Shown: positions 1 to 11,609, counted from the first letter of the stretch. The stretch is 32,000 nucleotides of DNA from Nitrosospira multiformis ATCC 25196 (GCF_000196355.1 NC_007614.1:2370001-2402000), one strand, 5' to 3'. Translations and numbers: made by a program. Notes: a model not told the origin generated them from the sequence alone.

Positions 1-1475
1 CGAGAGGTTACAAGGTCTATACCACTATCCGTTTTCTCGACCAGGAAGCCGCCTATAATGCAGTACGCCAGGGCGTGCTGGACTATGACTATCGGCACGG
101 TTATCGTGGTCCAGAAGCAGTCATAAAGCTGTCGGCAGGGGACTTGAAGCGGGAAGAAATACTCGATGAAGCGTTGCAGGAAGTGACTGACAGCGATGGC
201 ATTCTTGCCGCAGTCGCGCTGGAGGCAAGCCCGAAGCGGGTCAAGGCGTACCGCAAAGGCGGCGAAATCATCGAAATCAAGGGCGACGGACTCAAATTCG
301 CGGAGAAATTCCTGACTGCCAAACCTGCTGCCAATCAGCAGGTCATTCGACCCGGCTCTCTGATTCGTGTCCACAAAAACGAAAAGGGCACCTGGGAGAT
401 TACGCAACTGCCGCAGGTGGAAGCCTCGCTGGTTGCCATTAATCCCCACGACGGGGCGATCCGCGCCATGGTGGGAGGCTTTGATTTCAACCGCAACCAG
501 TTCAACCACGTTACCCAGGCATGGCGCCAGCCTGGCTCCAGCTTCAAGCCATTCATTTATTCCGCTTCTCTGGAAAAAGGCTTCACCCCGGCGACTGTCA
601 TCAATGATGCCCCGCTTTCGTTTACGGCCGAAGAGACCGGGAGCGATCAATGGGATCCCCGAAACTTCGGGGACAGTTATGATGGGCCGTTGCGCATGCG
701 TGAAGCGCTGGCAAGATCAAAGAATCTGGTTTCCATCCGCATTCTCCAGGCAATCGATGTGCAGTACGCGCAGGATTACGTGAGACGCTTCGGTTTTGAT
801 CCCAAACAGCACCCCGCCTACCTCGCGATGGCGCTTGGCGCCGGTTCAGTCACTCCGATGCAGATGGCGGTAGGTTACGCTGCATTCGCCAATGGCGGAT
901 TTCTGATATCCCCCTATCTCATACAACGCGTAGAGGATGTCAACGGCAATGTCGTGGAGCAATCGAAGCCCGCGCTGGCGGGTGAAAACGCCAAGCAGAT
1001 TATCGATCCACGCAATGCCTTTCTCATGTCCAGCATGATGCGGGATGTGGTGCAACGCGGAACCGCAACCAGAGCGAAACAGTTGGGCCGTAACGATCTG
1101 GCGGGTAAAACCGGCACTACCAGTAATTATGTGGACGCCTGGTTCTGCGGATATCAGCCCGATCTGGTCGCCATCGCCTGGATCGGTTTCGACAATCCGA
1201 GATCGTTGGGAGACAATGAAACCGGCGGTCGGGCGGCACTCCCCATCTGGATGAATTATATGGACAAGGCGTTGAAAGGCGTACCAGTCGCCTCCTATTC
1301 CGCTCCAAGCGGGATCACAACTGCCAGGATTAATCCGGAAACCGGCCTGCGAGGGAGCGGCGCGACGCTGGAGGAATACTTCATGGAAGAGCAGCTTCCT
1401 CCTGAAGAAGAGGATCCGATAGATATCACGATCAGATCGGTGGAGGACATCATAAACGATTTTCTGTCGAACTAG
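1..1475 (+). CDS. mrcA: Penicillin-binding protein 1A, C-terminal part (5' end lies outside the window)
   Basis: Frame 3 is open from the window edge (RGYKVYTTIRFLDQEAAYNAV...), so the start at 75 in the ORF track is a truncation artefact. The transpeptidase motifs are present: SSFK (SxxK), SKN (SxN) and KTGTT (KTG). Confidence 0.9.
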   Translation, partial: RGYKVYTTIRFLDQEAAYNAVRQGVLDYDYRHGYRGPEAVIKLSAGDLKREEILDEALQEVTDSDGILAAVALEASPKRVKAYRKGGEIIEIKGDGLKFAEKFLTAKPAANQQVIRPGSLIRVHKNEKGTWEITQLPQVEASLVAINPHDGAIRAMVGGFDFNRNQFNHVTQAWRQPGSSFKPFIYSASLEKGFTPATVINDAPLSFTAEETGSDQWDPRNFGDSYDGPLRMREALARSKNLVSIRILQAIDVQYAQDYVRRFGFDPKQHPAYLAMALGAGSVTPMQMAVGYAAFANGGFLISPYLIQRVEDVNGNVVEQSKPALAGENAKQIIDPRNAFLMSSMMRDVVQRGTATRAKQLGRNDLAGKTGTTSNYVDAWFCGYQPDLVAIAWIGFDNPRSLGDNETGGRAALPIWMNYMDKALKGVPVASYSAPSGITTARINPETGLRGSGATLEEYFMEEQLPPEEEDPIDITIRSVEDIINDFLSN

Positions 1476-1544
1476 AAAGGGGGCGATTCCCGTTTCCTGC
1501 CTGTTCGCCCTGTTTCAGTCGTCCTCCACCAGTCTTATTTCGGC

Positions 1545-2615
<1,071 letters not shown>

Positions 2616-2699
2616 TTATATCTTACTGACAGACGTTGTTTATTTGTCTCCCGCTTTTCCTCCCTGAGCGGGTACCTTAATCCCTATTAAGGTAGTTTG

Positions 2700-2735
2700 C
2701 CCCCGGTTTTATTCCCCTTTAACCGGGGGTTTTTT
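2700..2735 (+). terminator. Terminator-like hairpin plus T6, oriented for the + strand and overlapping the engB stop codon
   Basis: CCCCCGGTT (2700-2708) pairs with AACCGGGGG (2721-2729) around a 12-nt loop, followed by TTTTTT (2730-2735). There is no annotated + strand gene upstream, so its function is unclear. Confidence 0.3.
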
Positions 2736-3416
2736 ATTTCTGGCGTTCGGTGGTTCCGGCGCATTTCCCTTACCGCTCTCCGGCGCACCTGCTTCTCTGA
2801 TCATACCGCTATCCGGCTCGATTCCTGACCCGAACCATGCATCAAGCAAGGCCGCCGCCTCCTTGACGCCTTCTCTGCTTGTGCTGGAAAACAATTGTAC
2901 GCTGCATTGTGGATAAGATTCACGCAAAAAACCCAGCACGGTTTTGAGAACTTTCTGCCCCTGCTGCCGCGTGAGTTTGTCCGATTTGGTAAGCAGCACG
3001 TGCACCGCTTTCTTCGTTGGCGCAAACCAGGCGAGCATTTGTCGATCCAGAGGGGTTAAAGGATGCCGTGCATCCATGATAAGAACCATGCCGTGAAGCG
3101 ATTGCCTCGTCTGAAGGTAAGTGCCGAGGAGACGTTCCCAATGCTGACGGACTTCCGCCGGCACCTTGGCATAACCATAACCAGGGAGATCCACCAGAAA
3201 TCTGTCGTTCCCCAACCGGAAAAAATTCAGATGCTGGGTGCGTCCCGGTGTTTTACTGACGAAAGCGAGGCGGTTACGGTTTGCCAGGGTGTTGATCGCG
3301 CTCGACTTGCCGGCGTTCGAGCGGCCGGCAAAGGCTATCTCGACTCCAACCGGGGGGGGCAGGTCGCGCAGCTCGTTGACGGTAGTGTAAAAGGTTGCGT
3401 TCTGAAAAACGGACAT
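2709..3416 (-). CDS. engB: Ribosome-biogenesis GTPase EngB/YihA
   Basis: GTPase motifs are present: G1 [10 protein letters not shown]3 DLPGYG and G4 TKSDK. At 235 aa it carries a low-complexity C-terminal tail of about 30 aa. Confidence 0.9.
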
Positions 3417-3449
3417 ATCCAGTCTACGTCCGCAGGACGCAAAAGCAGA

Positions 3450-4238
3450 TCAATTTTCGATGGAATCTTCCGGGGAAGCTACGACCCCTCCCGAAGCTGT
3501 TTCTGAAGTCTCCCGGGCAATGGCCAGCAAGCCTTGCAAAACGAGATTATCCATCACTTTCACATTCACGTTAAGCTGGGGCTGCAACTGCTGCGCTGCA
3601 CCCCCGCTGAGAATGCACTCGGGCATGTGGCCGAGGGTACCGGCAAGCAAGGCCGCCATGCGTTCGATGGCGCCCGCCATCGCGTGCACCGCGCCGCTAT
3701 AGAGCGCATCTGCGGTACTGTCAGGATAATCGCAAAATTTTCCGCCCTCCGATTCCAGTGATCCAAGGTCCTCCACCAGTATCTTCTGCATCAGATCGAG
3801 CCCGGGGGTTATGAGTCCTCCGAGAAATTCACCTGTGTCGGAAAGCGCATCCACCGTCATGGCGGTTCCCGCATCGACTACCAGGCACCCCTGTCGCTCC
3901 AGCACCCACGCTGCCACGAGCGCCGCCCAGCGGTCGCTGCCAAGCTGGGCAGGATTGGAGTAATAGTTGCGAACCCCGCATTGATAGGGAACGGCAGTAA
4001 TCCATTGTGGCTCCGCTTTCCACTGCGCCAGTAGCTCCGACAGACTGCCCTTGACCCCGGCATTGGCGACATTGGATATCACTACGCGTGAAGGTTCACG
4101 CAAATCCCTCCATTCCCGCTCGAGCTGCACTCTGTCGCCCTGCGCCGCGACCCCTTGCATGAGCCAGTTGCGGCCATCATGCAGCCCCCACTTCACGCGC
4201 GTGTTGCCGGAATCCACCGCCAGCAGAAGAGGGTTCAT
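3450..4238 (-). CDS. coaX: Type III pantothenate kinase (Baf family)
   Basis: The 262-aa ORF has the N-terminal ASKHA motif LLAVDSGNTRVKWG. Its ATG directly follows the birA TAA stop (TAAATG), the common birA-coaX pairing. Confidence 0.9.
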   Translation of the reverse strand: MNPLLLAVDSGNTRVKWGLHDGRNWLMQGVAAQGDRVQLEREWRDLREPSRVVISNVANAGVKGSLSELLAQWKAEPQWITAVPYQCGVRNYYSNPAQLGSDRWAALVAAWVLERQGCLVVDAGTAMTVDALSDTGEFLGGLITPGLDLMQKILVEDLGSLESEGGKFCDYPDSTADALYSGAVHAMAGAIERMAALLAGTLGHMPECILSGGAAQQLQPQLNVNVKVMDNLVLQGLLAIARETSETASGGVVASPEDSIEN

Positions 4239-5228
4239 TTATGCTGTCCTGCGCAGCGATATCTCGCCGCCGCTGAAACTGCGAAGACCCAGTGACGTTT
4301 GCAGCAACAGCGACCCGCTATCCGATACCCCGTGCACCAGTCCTTCCTGGCCCGACCCGTCAGGTAGCTTGAGGGTGACGGCTTTGCCTTCACATACATG
4401 GCGATCCACCCATTCCTCCTTGAATGGCGTAAAACCCGACTGCTCAAATTCTCTCAATACTCGAGCAATATTCAGCAACAATTCAGCCAGCAATTTATTG
4501 CGATCCGGTGTTTCTCCACTGATGGAAAAAATATCCGTTGCCCCCTGGTCTATCCGCGCCTGAACGCTGTCGGACAATTTCAGGTTCATGCCTACACCGA
4601 TTACAGCAACGGTGGGACCGAGCATATCGCCATGCAGTTCTATCAATATACCTGCCAGTTTACAGAAATTGAACATCACATCGTTTGGCCATTTGAGTAC
4701 GGCCCCTTGTATCCCTGAAGATTCGAGCGCACGTACTATTGCAACGCCTGTGGCGAGACTCAAACCCGAAAGAAAGCTTGCACTTTGCTGAAACCGCCAT
4801 AGCACGGAAAACGCGAGACCGACTCCCAGGCCCGAGTGCCATTGCCGTCCTCGTCGTCCACGCCCCTTCGTTTGCAGCTCGGCCGCTACCACATGAATGA
4901 GCCCATCACGCAGGCTCAACCGGTTATCCGCCTCATGCAGTAAAAGGCTGTTGGTGGAATCGATCGTATCGAGTATTTCCAGATTGAATTTGTCCGCCTG
5001 ATGACCGAGGTGCTCAAGAATTGCATTTCGTTCCAGCCATTGCACCTGGTCGAGCAGGCGATAGCCGCGTCCCTTGATTTTATGAATGGTCAATCCAGCT
5101 TCATCCGCGTCGCGAAGAGCATTCGATACACTGGCGCGGGAAACTCCCAGAGCTTCGGCGATAGCCTGCCCTGAATGAAATTCGTTATCGCTCAGCACCC
5201 GGAGAATGGAAAAAGTGAATGGATTCAT
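4239..5228 (-). CDS. birA: Bifunctional biotin--[acetyl-CoA-carboxylase] ligase / biotin operon repressor
   Basis: It has an N-terminal winged-HTH (SGQAIAEALGVSRASVSNAL) and the biotin-ligase glycine-rich motif GRGRRGRQW. The length is 329 aa. Confidence 0.9.
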   Translation of the reverse strand: MNPFTFSILRVLSDNEFHSGQAIAEALGVSRASVSNALRDADEAGLTIHKIKGRGYRLLDQVQWLERNAILEHLGHQADKFNLEILDTIDSTNSLLLHEADNRLSLRDGLIHVVAAELQTKGRGRRGRQWHSGLGVGLAFSVLWRFQQSASFLSGLSLATGVAIVRALESSGIQGAVLKWPNDVMFNFCKLAGILIELHGDMLGPTVAVIGVGMNLKLSDSVQARIDQGATDIFSISGETPDRNKLLAELLLNIARVLREFEQSGFTPFKEEWVDRHVCEGKAVTLKLPDGSGQEGLVHGVSDSGSLLLQTSLGLRSFSGGEISLRRTA

Positions 5229-5468
5229 GTAATCAGTGTAGTGTAAATAAACGGAAATGGAACTTTGCCACGCGCATTCTCGCTCACAGTAAAAGAAATG
5301 CAGGAAGAAAGTCAGCAGGGGTACCTGGTCGAATTTGGCTCGATACGTTATTCAACTATAATGAGCAGCCGGGCAAGCACAAACGAACAGGAGAGAGCAG
5401 AACCGCGTTCCCGCTTGCCACGAATTCCCGGAAAAGACGAGCAGGAATTCCCTTTCGAGAGGTCCAGT

Positions 5469-7166
5469 TTGAACGAAAAAGCTACACCTGGCGACGTAAC
5501 GCTGTGCGCGTCCAATTTCATACGCAATATCATCGAAGAAGACAATCGCACCGGCAAGTGGAACGGGCGGGTTGAAACGCGCTTCCCCCCCGAACCCAAC
5601 GGCTACCTGCATATCGGTCATGCCAAAAGCATTTGCCTAAATTTCGGCCTGGCGCGGGACTATAAAGGAATATGTCATCTGCGCTTCGATGACACCAACC
5701 CCGAAAAAGAAGAGCAGGAGTATGTCGATTCAATAATGGATGCGGTAAGATGGCTCGGCTTCGAATGGGGCGAGTATCTGCACTATGCGTCGGACTATTT
5801 TGACAAACTATACGAGTTTGCCGAATATCTCATCAAGCAGGGTAAAGCATACGTAGACAGCCTTACTGCCGAGGAAATCCGCGCGTTGCGGGGCACGCTT
5901 ACCGAGGCGGGCGAAAACAGCCCCTACCGCGACCGCTCCATCGAGGAAAATCTTGACCTGTTTCGCCGCATGAAGGCGGGTGAGTTTCCTGACGGCGCTC
6001 ACGTTCTGCGCGCCAGAATCGATATGGCTTCCCCTAATATCAATCTGCGCGATCCCGTAATTTACCGGATTCGCCATGTCCGCCATCACCGGACGGGTGA
6101 CAAATGGTGTATTTATCCGATGTATGACTACACCCACTGCATATCGGATGCGCTGGAAAGGATCACGCACTCGCTGTGCACGCTGGAATTCGAGGATCAC
6201 CGTCCCCTCTATGACTGGATACTGGATCGATTGACAGATGTTGTTCCCTGTCATCCGCAACAGATCGAATTCGCGCGTTTGAATCTCACCTACACCGTCA
6301 TGAGCAAGCGCAAGCTGATCGAATTGGTCAGCGGGAGTTTTGTGGATGGATGGGATGATCCGCGCATGAATACCCTTGCCGGAGTGAGACGCCGCGGTTA
6401 TACACCGGAATCCATCCGCCTGTTTGCGGAACGCATCGGCGTCAGCAAAGCCGATTCATGGATAGACATGGGCATTCTGGAAGAATGCCTGCGCGAAGAC
6501 ATGAATGAGCGTGCGCAGCGGCGGCTGGCTATCCTCGCCCCCCTCAAGGTCGTTATCGATAACTATCCTGAAAATGCCGAGGAAGAGTGCCTTGCCCCCA
6601 ATCATCCCCAAAAGCCGGAATGGGGAAGCCGTATCGTACACCTGACGAAAACGATCTACATAGAACGCAGTGATTTTATGGAGAATCCTCCCAAGGGGTA
6701 TTTCCGCCTGTCACCTGGAGGCGAAGTAAGGTTGCGGTACGCCTACATCGTAAAATGCGTAGATGTTGTGAAAGGGGTCAATGGCGAAATCCTGGAAATC
6801 CATTGCACCTATGATCCGGACAGCAAGAGCGGCACGCCCGGAGCCGATAAACGCAAGGTCAAGGGGAATATTCACTGGCTCTCAGCCGTCCACGCGCAAC
6901 AAGCGGAAGTACGGCTTTATGATCGCTTGTTCACTCAGGCTCACCCTGATACAGGCGGGCGGGACTATAAAGCATTTCTGAATCCGGATTCAAAGAAGGT
7001 CCTTGCAGCCTATGTCGAGCCCGTACTCATGACAGCACAACCTGAGGAACGTTTTCAATTCGAGCGTCATGGCTATTTCGTCGCAGATCTGAAGGAAACA
7101 AAATCGGGAAAACCTGTATTCAATCGCGCGGTCACCCTGCGTGACTCGTGGGGAAAACCGGGTTGA
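5469..7166 (+). CDS. glnS: Glutamine--tRNA ligase
   Basis: Class I signatures are present: HIGH ([11 protein letters not shown]) and KMSKS-like (VMSKR). I chose the TTG at 5469 because GAGAGG lies 6 nt upstream and it gives the usual short N-terminus before NFIRN. The ATG at 5361 and the track start at 5265 are alternatives. Confidence 0.85.
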   Translation: MNEKATPGDVTLCASNFIRNIIEEDNRTGKWNGRVETRFPPEPNGYLHIGHAKSICLNFGLARDYKGICHLRFDDTNPEKEEQEYVDSIMDAVRWLGFEWGEYLHYASDYFDKLYEFAEYLIKQGKAYVDSLTAEEIRALRGTLTEAGENSPYRDRSIEENLDLFRRMKAGEFPDGAHVLRARIDMASPNINLRDPVIYRIRHVRHHRTGDKWCIYPMYDYTHCISDALERITHSLCTLEFEDHRPLYDWILDRLTDVVPCHPQQIEFARLNLTYTVMSKRKLIELVSGSFVDGWDDPRMNTLAGVRRRGYTPESIRLFAERIGVSKADSWIDMGILEECLREDMNERAQRRLAILAPLKVVIDNYPENAEEECLAPNHPQKPEWGSRIVHLTKTIYIERSDFMENPPKGYFRLSPGGEVRLRYAYIVKCVDVVKGVNGEILEIHCTYDPDSKSGTPGADKRKVKGNIHWLSAVHAQQAEVRLYDRLFTQAHPDTGGRDYKAFLNPDSKKVLAAYVEPVLMTAQPEERFQFERHGYFVADLKETKSGKPVFNRAVTLRDSWGKPG

Positions 7167-7334
7167 TTTCGGACAAGTATGCTGGCTCCGCTGCAAGCAG
7201 GATAGCGCCAATTTGTGTGCTTTGCTCCCGCCGCCGGTTGAATGGACTGCTTGTATCGAGATATCATTAAAATGATACTTCCCTTTCTCGTTTTTTTTCG
7301 CTAGGATACTGAAAAATGACGGACCGGCCAAAAA

Positions 7335-7364
7335 TTGCTGGCCTGAGAAGCAAAAAAATATAAT
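7335..7364 (+). promoter_or_regulatory. Candidate sigma70 promoter for trxA
   Basis: A -35 TTGCTG (7335-7340) is followed by an 18-nt spacer and a perfect -10 TATAAT (7359-7364). This would give a leader of about 120 nt. The call is sequence-only. Confidence 0.35.
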
Positions 7365-7494
7365 TCCTGATATTCTTGTATCTATCACTGCCCCTTCTGG
7401 TATCAATGGCAGGTGTCATTAATAGAGACCTGCCCTTGCAGAATTAACTGAATGTCAGTCGTACACATTTCATTTAAGCGATTTGGAAAAGCAC

Positions 7495-7818
7495 ATGAGT
7501 CATACCCACCATATTTCTGACGGAAATTTTGAGACTGAAGTATTGCAGTCGACAGTCCCTGTACTGGTTGACTATTGGGCAGAATGGTGTGGACCATGCA
7601 AGATGATAGCGCCCATCCTGGACGAGGTAGCCAAGGAATATGGCGACCGCCTCAAGGTTGCCAAGCTCAATATCGACGAAAACCAGGCTACGCCCCCCAA
7701 ATATGGTATTCGCGGTATCCCTACTCTCATGCTCTTCAAAAACGGAAATATCGAAGCCACCAAAGTAGGGGCGTTATCGAAATCCCAGCTCACTGCTTTT
7801 ATTGACAGTCACATCTAA
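7495..7818 (+). CDS. trxA: Thioredoxin 1
   Basis: The 107-aa ORF has the WCGPC active site. The ATG at 7495 is preferred over the TTG at 7483 used by the ORF track. Confidence 0.95.
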   Translation: MSHTHHISDGNFETEVLQSTVPVLVDYWAEWCGPCKMIAPILDEVAKEYGDRLKVAKLNIDENQATPPKYGIRGIPTLMLFKNGNIEATKVGALSKSQLTAFIDSHI

Positions 7819-7829
7819 AACTGCTAAGT

Positions 7830-7974
7830 TATAATTAACGCATTCCGCAAGCTCTCCGGTAGTTTCCGGTTCGATTACGTTCGCCGCTTCGAATTCTCGT
7901 TCGGCTCCATCGGTTTTCCCAACGCTTCCTGACGCTTTCTTTACGTCCCTCTTCTTCACCCACGGATTCCGTTC
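7830..7974 (+). promoter_or_regulatory. rho promoter -10 element and C-rich/G-poor leader (candidate Rho autoregulatory attenuator)
   Basis: A perfect TATAAT lies at 7830-7835. The only TTGACA (7802-7807) sits 22 nt upstream, which is too far for a standard -35. By hand count, 7861-7974 has about 40 C against 20 G in 114 nt. Confidence 0.4.
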
Positions 7975-9234
7975 ATGCATCTATCCGACCTCAAAAACTT
8001 CCACGTCACCGAACTGGTGGAAATGGCAATTGCCAATGAAATTGACGGTGCTAACCGGTTACGGAAACAGGATCTGATTTTCGCATTATTGAAGAATCAG
8101 GCACGGAAAGGCGAAAGCATTTTCGGCGAAGGCACCTTGGAAGTGCTGCAGGATGGTTTTGGCTTCTTGCGTTCTCCCGACACCTCATATCTCGCCGGTC
8201 CGGATGACATTTATGTCTCACCCAGCCAGATACGGCGCTTCAACCTTCATACGGGGGATTCGATAGAGGGCGAAATAAGGACGCCCAAGGACGGGGAGCG
8301 TTATTTCGCGCTGGTCAAGGTCGATAAGGTCAACGGAGAACCTCCTGAAAACTCCAAACACAAGATACTGTTTGAAAATCTCACCCCCCTCTTTCCCACC
8401 GAGCGGCTGCAGCTCGAACGCGAGATCAAGGCCGAGGAAAACGTTACCAGTCGCATCATCGATCTGATCGCCCCCATCGGCAAAGGACAGCGGGGCCTCC
8501 TGGTAGCCAGTCCCAAATCAGGCAAGACGGTCATGCTTCAGCACATCGCCCACGCCATTGCCGCCAATTACCCGGATGTGATGCTGATGGTGCTGCTGAT
8601 AGACGAGCGTCCCGAAGAAGTGACCGAGATGATCCGGTCGGTAAGAGGTGAAGTGATTTCTTCCACTTTCGATGAGCCGGCTGTACGTCACGTGCAAGTG
8701 GCGGATATGGTCATCGAAAAAGCCAAACGGTTGGTGGAACACAAGAAGGACGTGGTAATCCTGCTGGATTCGATCACCCGGCTCGCGCGCGCCTATAACA
8801 CAGTGGTACCTGCTTCCGGCAAGGTGCTGACGGGGGGTGTGGATGCCAACGCGCTGCAACGGCCGAAGCGGTTTTTTGGGGCTGCTCGCAATATCGAGGA
8901 GGGTGGCTCTCTCACCATTATTGCCACCGCGCTGGTCGACACCGGCTCGCGCATGGACGATGTGATTTATGAGGAATTCAAGGGTACCGGCAACATGGAA
9001 ATCCATCTTGACCGGCGCATGGCAGAAAAACGCATTTATCCCGCCATCAACGTCAACCGTTCCGGCACCCGCCGGGAAGAACTCCTGATCAAGCCCGATG
9101 TATTGCAGAAAATCTGGGTACTGCGCAAGCTGCTCTACCCGATGGATGACATGGAGGCAATGGAATTTCTGCTCGACAAGATCAAGGCAACGAAGAACAA
9201 CGCGGATTTCTTCGATTCAATGCGGCGGGTCTAA
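7975..9234 (+). CDS. rho: Transcription termination factor Rho
   Basis: The 419-aa ORF has the N-terminal MHLSDLKN...ELVEMA, the RNA-binding GFGFLR motif and the Walker A SPKSGKT. It sits in the conserved trxA-rho arrangement. Confidence 0.97.
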   Translation: MHLSDLKNFHVTELVEMAIANEIDGANRLRKQDLIFALLKNQARKGESIFGEGTLEVLQDGFGFLRSPDTSYLAGPDDIYVSPSQIRRFNLHTGDSIEGEIRTPKDGERYFALVKVDKVNGEPPENSKHKILFENLTPLFPTERLQLEREIKAEENVTSRIIDLIAPIGKGQRGLLVASPKSGKTVMLQHIAHAIAANYPDVMLMVLLIDERPEEVTEMIRSVRGEVISSTFDEPAVRHVQVADMVIEKAKRLVEHKKDVVILLDSITRLARAYNTVVPASGKVLTGGVDANALQRPKRFFGAARNIEEGGSLTIIATALVDTGSRMDDVIYEEFKGTGNMEIHLDRRMAEKRIYPAINVNRSGTRREELLIKPDVLQKIWVLRKLLYPMDDMEAMEFLLDKIKATKNNADFFDSMRRV

Positions 9235-9281
9235 TATACTAACCTAAACATTGAATACCCCCCCTCTCCCGGAATGCCTTA

Positions 9282-9310
9282 TTGCATCCCGTTTGCGAGT
9301 AGAGGATAAT
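9282..9310 (+). promoter_or_regulatory. Candidate sigma70 promoter for rpmE
   Basis: A -35 TTGCAT (9282-9287) is followed by a 17-nt spacer and a -10 GATAAT (9305-9310). Confidence 0.4.
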
Positions 9311-9375
9311 ACGCCGCTTTCCCCGAAATCAGGCACATATCGTAAGGGGAGCCTTTGCAAGCTGAGGATCATTTC

Positions 9376-9603
9376 ATGAAACCAGACATTCATCCAGATT
9401 ACCAGGAAATAACCGTGACCTGCAGTTGCGGCAGCACTTTTCAAACCCGTTCCACCATGGGCAAACCCCTGCATATCGAGGTTTGCTCAGTTTGTCATCC
9501 ATTTTATACAGGTAAACAAAAAATCGTCGATACTGCTGGCCGTGTCGAGAAATTCCGTCAGAAATACGGCAAGAAAGTGGAAAAACAACCGGCGGCTGGA
9601 TAG
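9376..9603 (+). CDS. rpmE: 50S ribosomal protein L31 (zinc-binding type)
   Basis: MKPDIHPDY... starts at the ATG at 9376 with GAGGAT 6 nt upstream. Cys pairs CSCG and CSVCHP are present. The track start at 9355 is upstream of the likely true start. Confidence 0.95.
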   Translation: MKPDIHPDYQEITVTCSCGSTFQTRSTMGKPLHIEVCSVCHPFYTGKQKIVDTAGRVEKFRQKYGKKVEKQPAAG

Positions 9604-9620
9604 GCGGTTACTGAACTTTG

Positions 9621-9650
9621 AAAAAGGCAGCCCCTGGGCTGCCTTTTTAA
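9621..9650 (+). terminator. Rho-independent terminator downstream of rpmE
   Basis: GGCAGCC (9626-9632) pairs with GGCTGCC (9637-9643) around a 4-nt loop. An A-run flanks the 5' side and TTTTT (9644-9648) flanks the 3' side. Confidence 0.8.
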
Positions 9651-9664
9651 TTTCCAGTGAATTA

Positions 9665-9690
9665 AATGAGCTTTGTGAGGCTCATTTTTA
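9665..9690 (+). terminator. Second, weaker tandem hairpin with T-run
   Basis: AATGAGC (9665-9671) pairs with GCTCATT (9680-9686) around an 8-nt loop, running into TTTTT. Confidence 0.45.
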
Positions 9691-10040
9691 AATTCGCTGC
9701 CGTGCTCGACTGCATATACCTGCTTGCGACAGGATAACCCTATCCTGGGGGGACTTATCACCCTGCCAAGCTTACCTTTGGTCGGCAACCCGGCTCGCGC
9801 GCCGCATTCGCCCGTTACTGGTCTGAATTTTCCTGGTGAAATCCACATTCATGCGCAGAAGTCGCTTGACTGGCTTAAGGAATTTTGAATCTGGAATCGC
9901 CTTTTGCTGCGGCGGGATTGAGATGGAACACTTCCCTGTTCATGGCGCGGATAGCGCCCGCAATAGTTCTTTTTATTTTCCGTCTCTTGATTTATTCGTT
10001 TGTACGGGCCGGATTCTACGAGGGGCAACTTGCAGGAAAA

Positions 10041-11135
10041 ATGAAAAGGATGGTATTGGCAGCCTTTTTTCTTCTAAATGCAAGCCCCTCCGCAGGAGCA
10101 GGGGGTGACCTTGACGATAGACTGCGCTCGCCACTGACACTCGCTGCCTATGTTGAAGGTTACTACAGTCACGATTTCAACGAACCGGTAAATAACGCTA
10201 AACCTCCCTTTCTCACCAGCTTCAGCAAAAGCAATCAACCCGCAGTAAATCTCGCCTTCATAAAGGCATCGTACGCAACACCCAATATCAGGGCAAACTT
10301 TGCGCTCGCAGCAGGCACCTACATGAACACGAACTATGCTGCAGAACCTGGCATTCTGGGCCATTTATACGAAGGCAACATCGCCTTGAGACTATCCGGC
10401 GAAAATAAACTCTGGCTGGAAGCTGGCGTTTTCCCTTCGCATATCGGCTTTGAAAGCGCAACAGGGAAAAACAATTGGACCCTGACGAGAAGCATGGCGG
10501 CGGAGAACACACCCTATTTCGAGTCAGGCGTCAGGATCGACTTCACTTCGGCTGATGATAAATGGTTTTTAAGCGGATTGGTGCTGAACGGCTGGCAACA
10601 TATAAAACCGGTGGACGGAAACACGCTTCCCGCCTTCGGCACACAGATTACCTACCGACCTTCTCCTGAAATAACGTTCAATAGCAGCACCTTTGCGGGC
10701 AGCGACAAGCCCGACAGTCACCGGCAAATGCGTTACTTCCATAATTTCTACGGAATTTTCAAACTGAATGAGGAGCTTGCAGCGACTGTTGGATTCGATA
10801 TCGGCGTCGAACAAAAAAGCAAGCATTCGGGCAGCCTTAACACGTGGTTCAACCCTACAGTCATTCTGAGATATGTGCAAACGCCCAGAACAGCGGTTGC
10901 TGTAAGGGCAGAATACTACAATGACAAACAAGGCGTAATGATTGCATCCGCAAAGCCTCATGGTTTCCGGACATGGGGTTTTTCAGCCAATTTCGATTAC
11001 AACATCACTGACAATCTGCTGTGGAGGCTTGAGGCCAGAACGCTGCTCAGTAAAGACGATATTTTTGCTGGTAAAAATGGTACTTCCAGAGATAGCGCCA
11101 CTTTTTTCACTACGTCGATCGTCGCCCATTTTTAA
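10041..11135 (+). CDS. Putative outer-membrane beta-barrel porin (DUF1597-like impression)
   Basis: The ATG at 10041 has AGGA upstream and a signal peptide MKRMVLAAFFLLNASPSAGA. The body has alternating amphipathic strands rich in Y, G and N, and ends in a C-terminal Phe (..IVAHF). Upstream track residues 9885-10040 are probably untranslated. Confidence 0.6.
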   Translation: MKRMVLAAFFLLNASPSAGAGGDLDDRLRSPLTLAAYVEGYYSHDFNEPVNNAKPPFLTSFSKSNQPAVNLAFIKASYATPNIRANFALAAGTYMNTNYAAEPGILGHLYEGNIALRLSGENKLWLEAGVFPSHIGFESATGKNNWTLTRSMAAENTPYFESGVRIDFTSADDKWFLSGLVLNGWQHIKPVDGNTLPAFGTQITYRPSPEITFNSSTFAGSDKPDSHRQMRYFHNFYGIFKLNEELAATVGFDIGVEQKSKHSGSLNTWFNPTVILRYVQTPRTAVAVRAEYYNDKQGVMIASAKPHGFRTWGFSANFDYNITDNLLWRLEARTLLSKDDIFAGKNGTSRDSATFFTTSIVAHF

Positions 11136-11381
11136 TGGGCAATATGCTTTCAAGCCCCGCCTTCCTCTATTCCCTCCCGTGAACTGTTGTCCCGCTTCGG
11201 CAGGTTTTGTTTGGTGGGAGACACTCCACCGAAACTCGAACTTTTGATACTTTATGCTGTGTTAAGCGTATTTGTGCTAAAGCGAACAGAATTAGGTGAG
11301 CGACAAGTAATAAAATTAATGTAGAGCTAAAAGTTCAGTCACTATGTACCGGATATTATTACTCTTTTAACGGGTTTCACT

Positions 11382-11609
11382 ATGGCCGTTTACCAGGACA
11401 GCAGCTATCTTATCCGCTGCGACCATTTTGATTTCAATGTTAAGCGTGCACCTGGTACCAACGCATCGGTAAGTGGTATCTACCGGTGCATAGGCTGCGG
11501 CCAGGAAATTGTTGTAACGAAAGGACAGTTACTGCCGGGATACGAAGAACATATCCACGGTTTCGAACTTGGACCGCCCCGCTGGCAGCTTATCGTCTTC
11601 ATCCTCTAG
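11382..11609 (+). CDS. Small hypothetical protein with a CxxC...HxH putative zinc site
   Basis: The 75-aa ORF contains GIYRCIGCGQE and, 17 residues later, HIH. It lies in an AT-rich stretch with a poor SD. I did not recognise the family. Confidence 0.4.
   Translation: MAVYQDSSYLIRCDHFDFNVKRAPGTNASVSGIYRCIGCGQEIVVTKGQLLPGYEEHIHGFELGPPRWQLIVFIL

Noticed and set aside
7386-7434. Mutually exclusive hairpins upstream of trxA (CACTGCC / GGCAGGTG / ACCTGCC) that resemble an attenuator.
   Set aside because: There is no T-tract after either stem and no leader peptide ORF. One of the pairings needs a bulge. This is insufficient to call a regulatory switch.
7862-7885. A tRNA T-loop-like word, GGTTCGATT, in the rho leader.
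   Set aside because: The flanks cannot form a T-stem, and no acceptor or anticodon arms are present. It is not a tRNA.
11185-11212. A possible terminator after the porin gene (CCGC-TTCG-GCaGG followed by TTTTGTTT).
   Set aside because: The stem is only 4 bp and needs a bulge, which is too weak to report as a feature.
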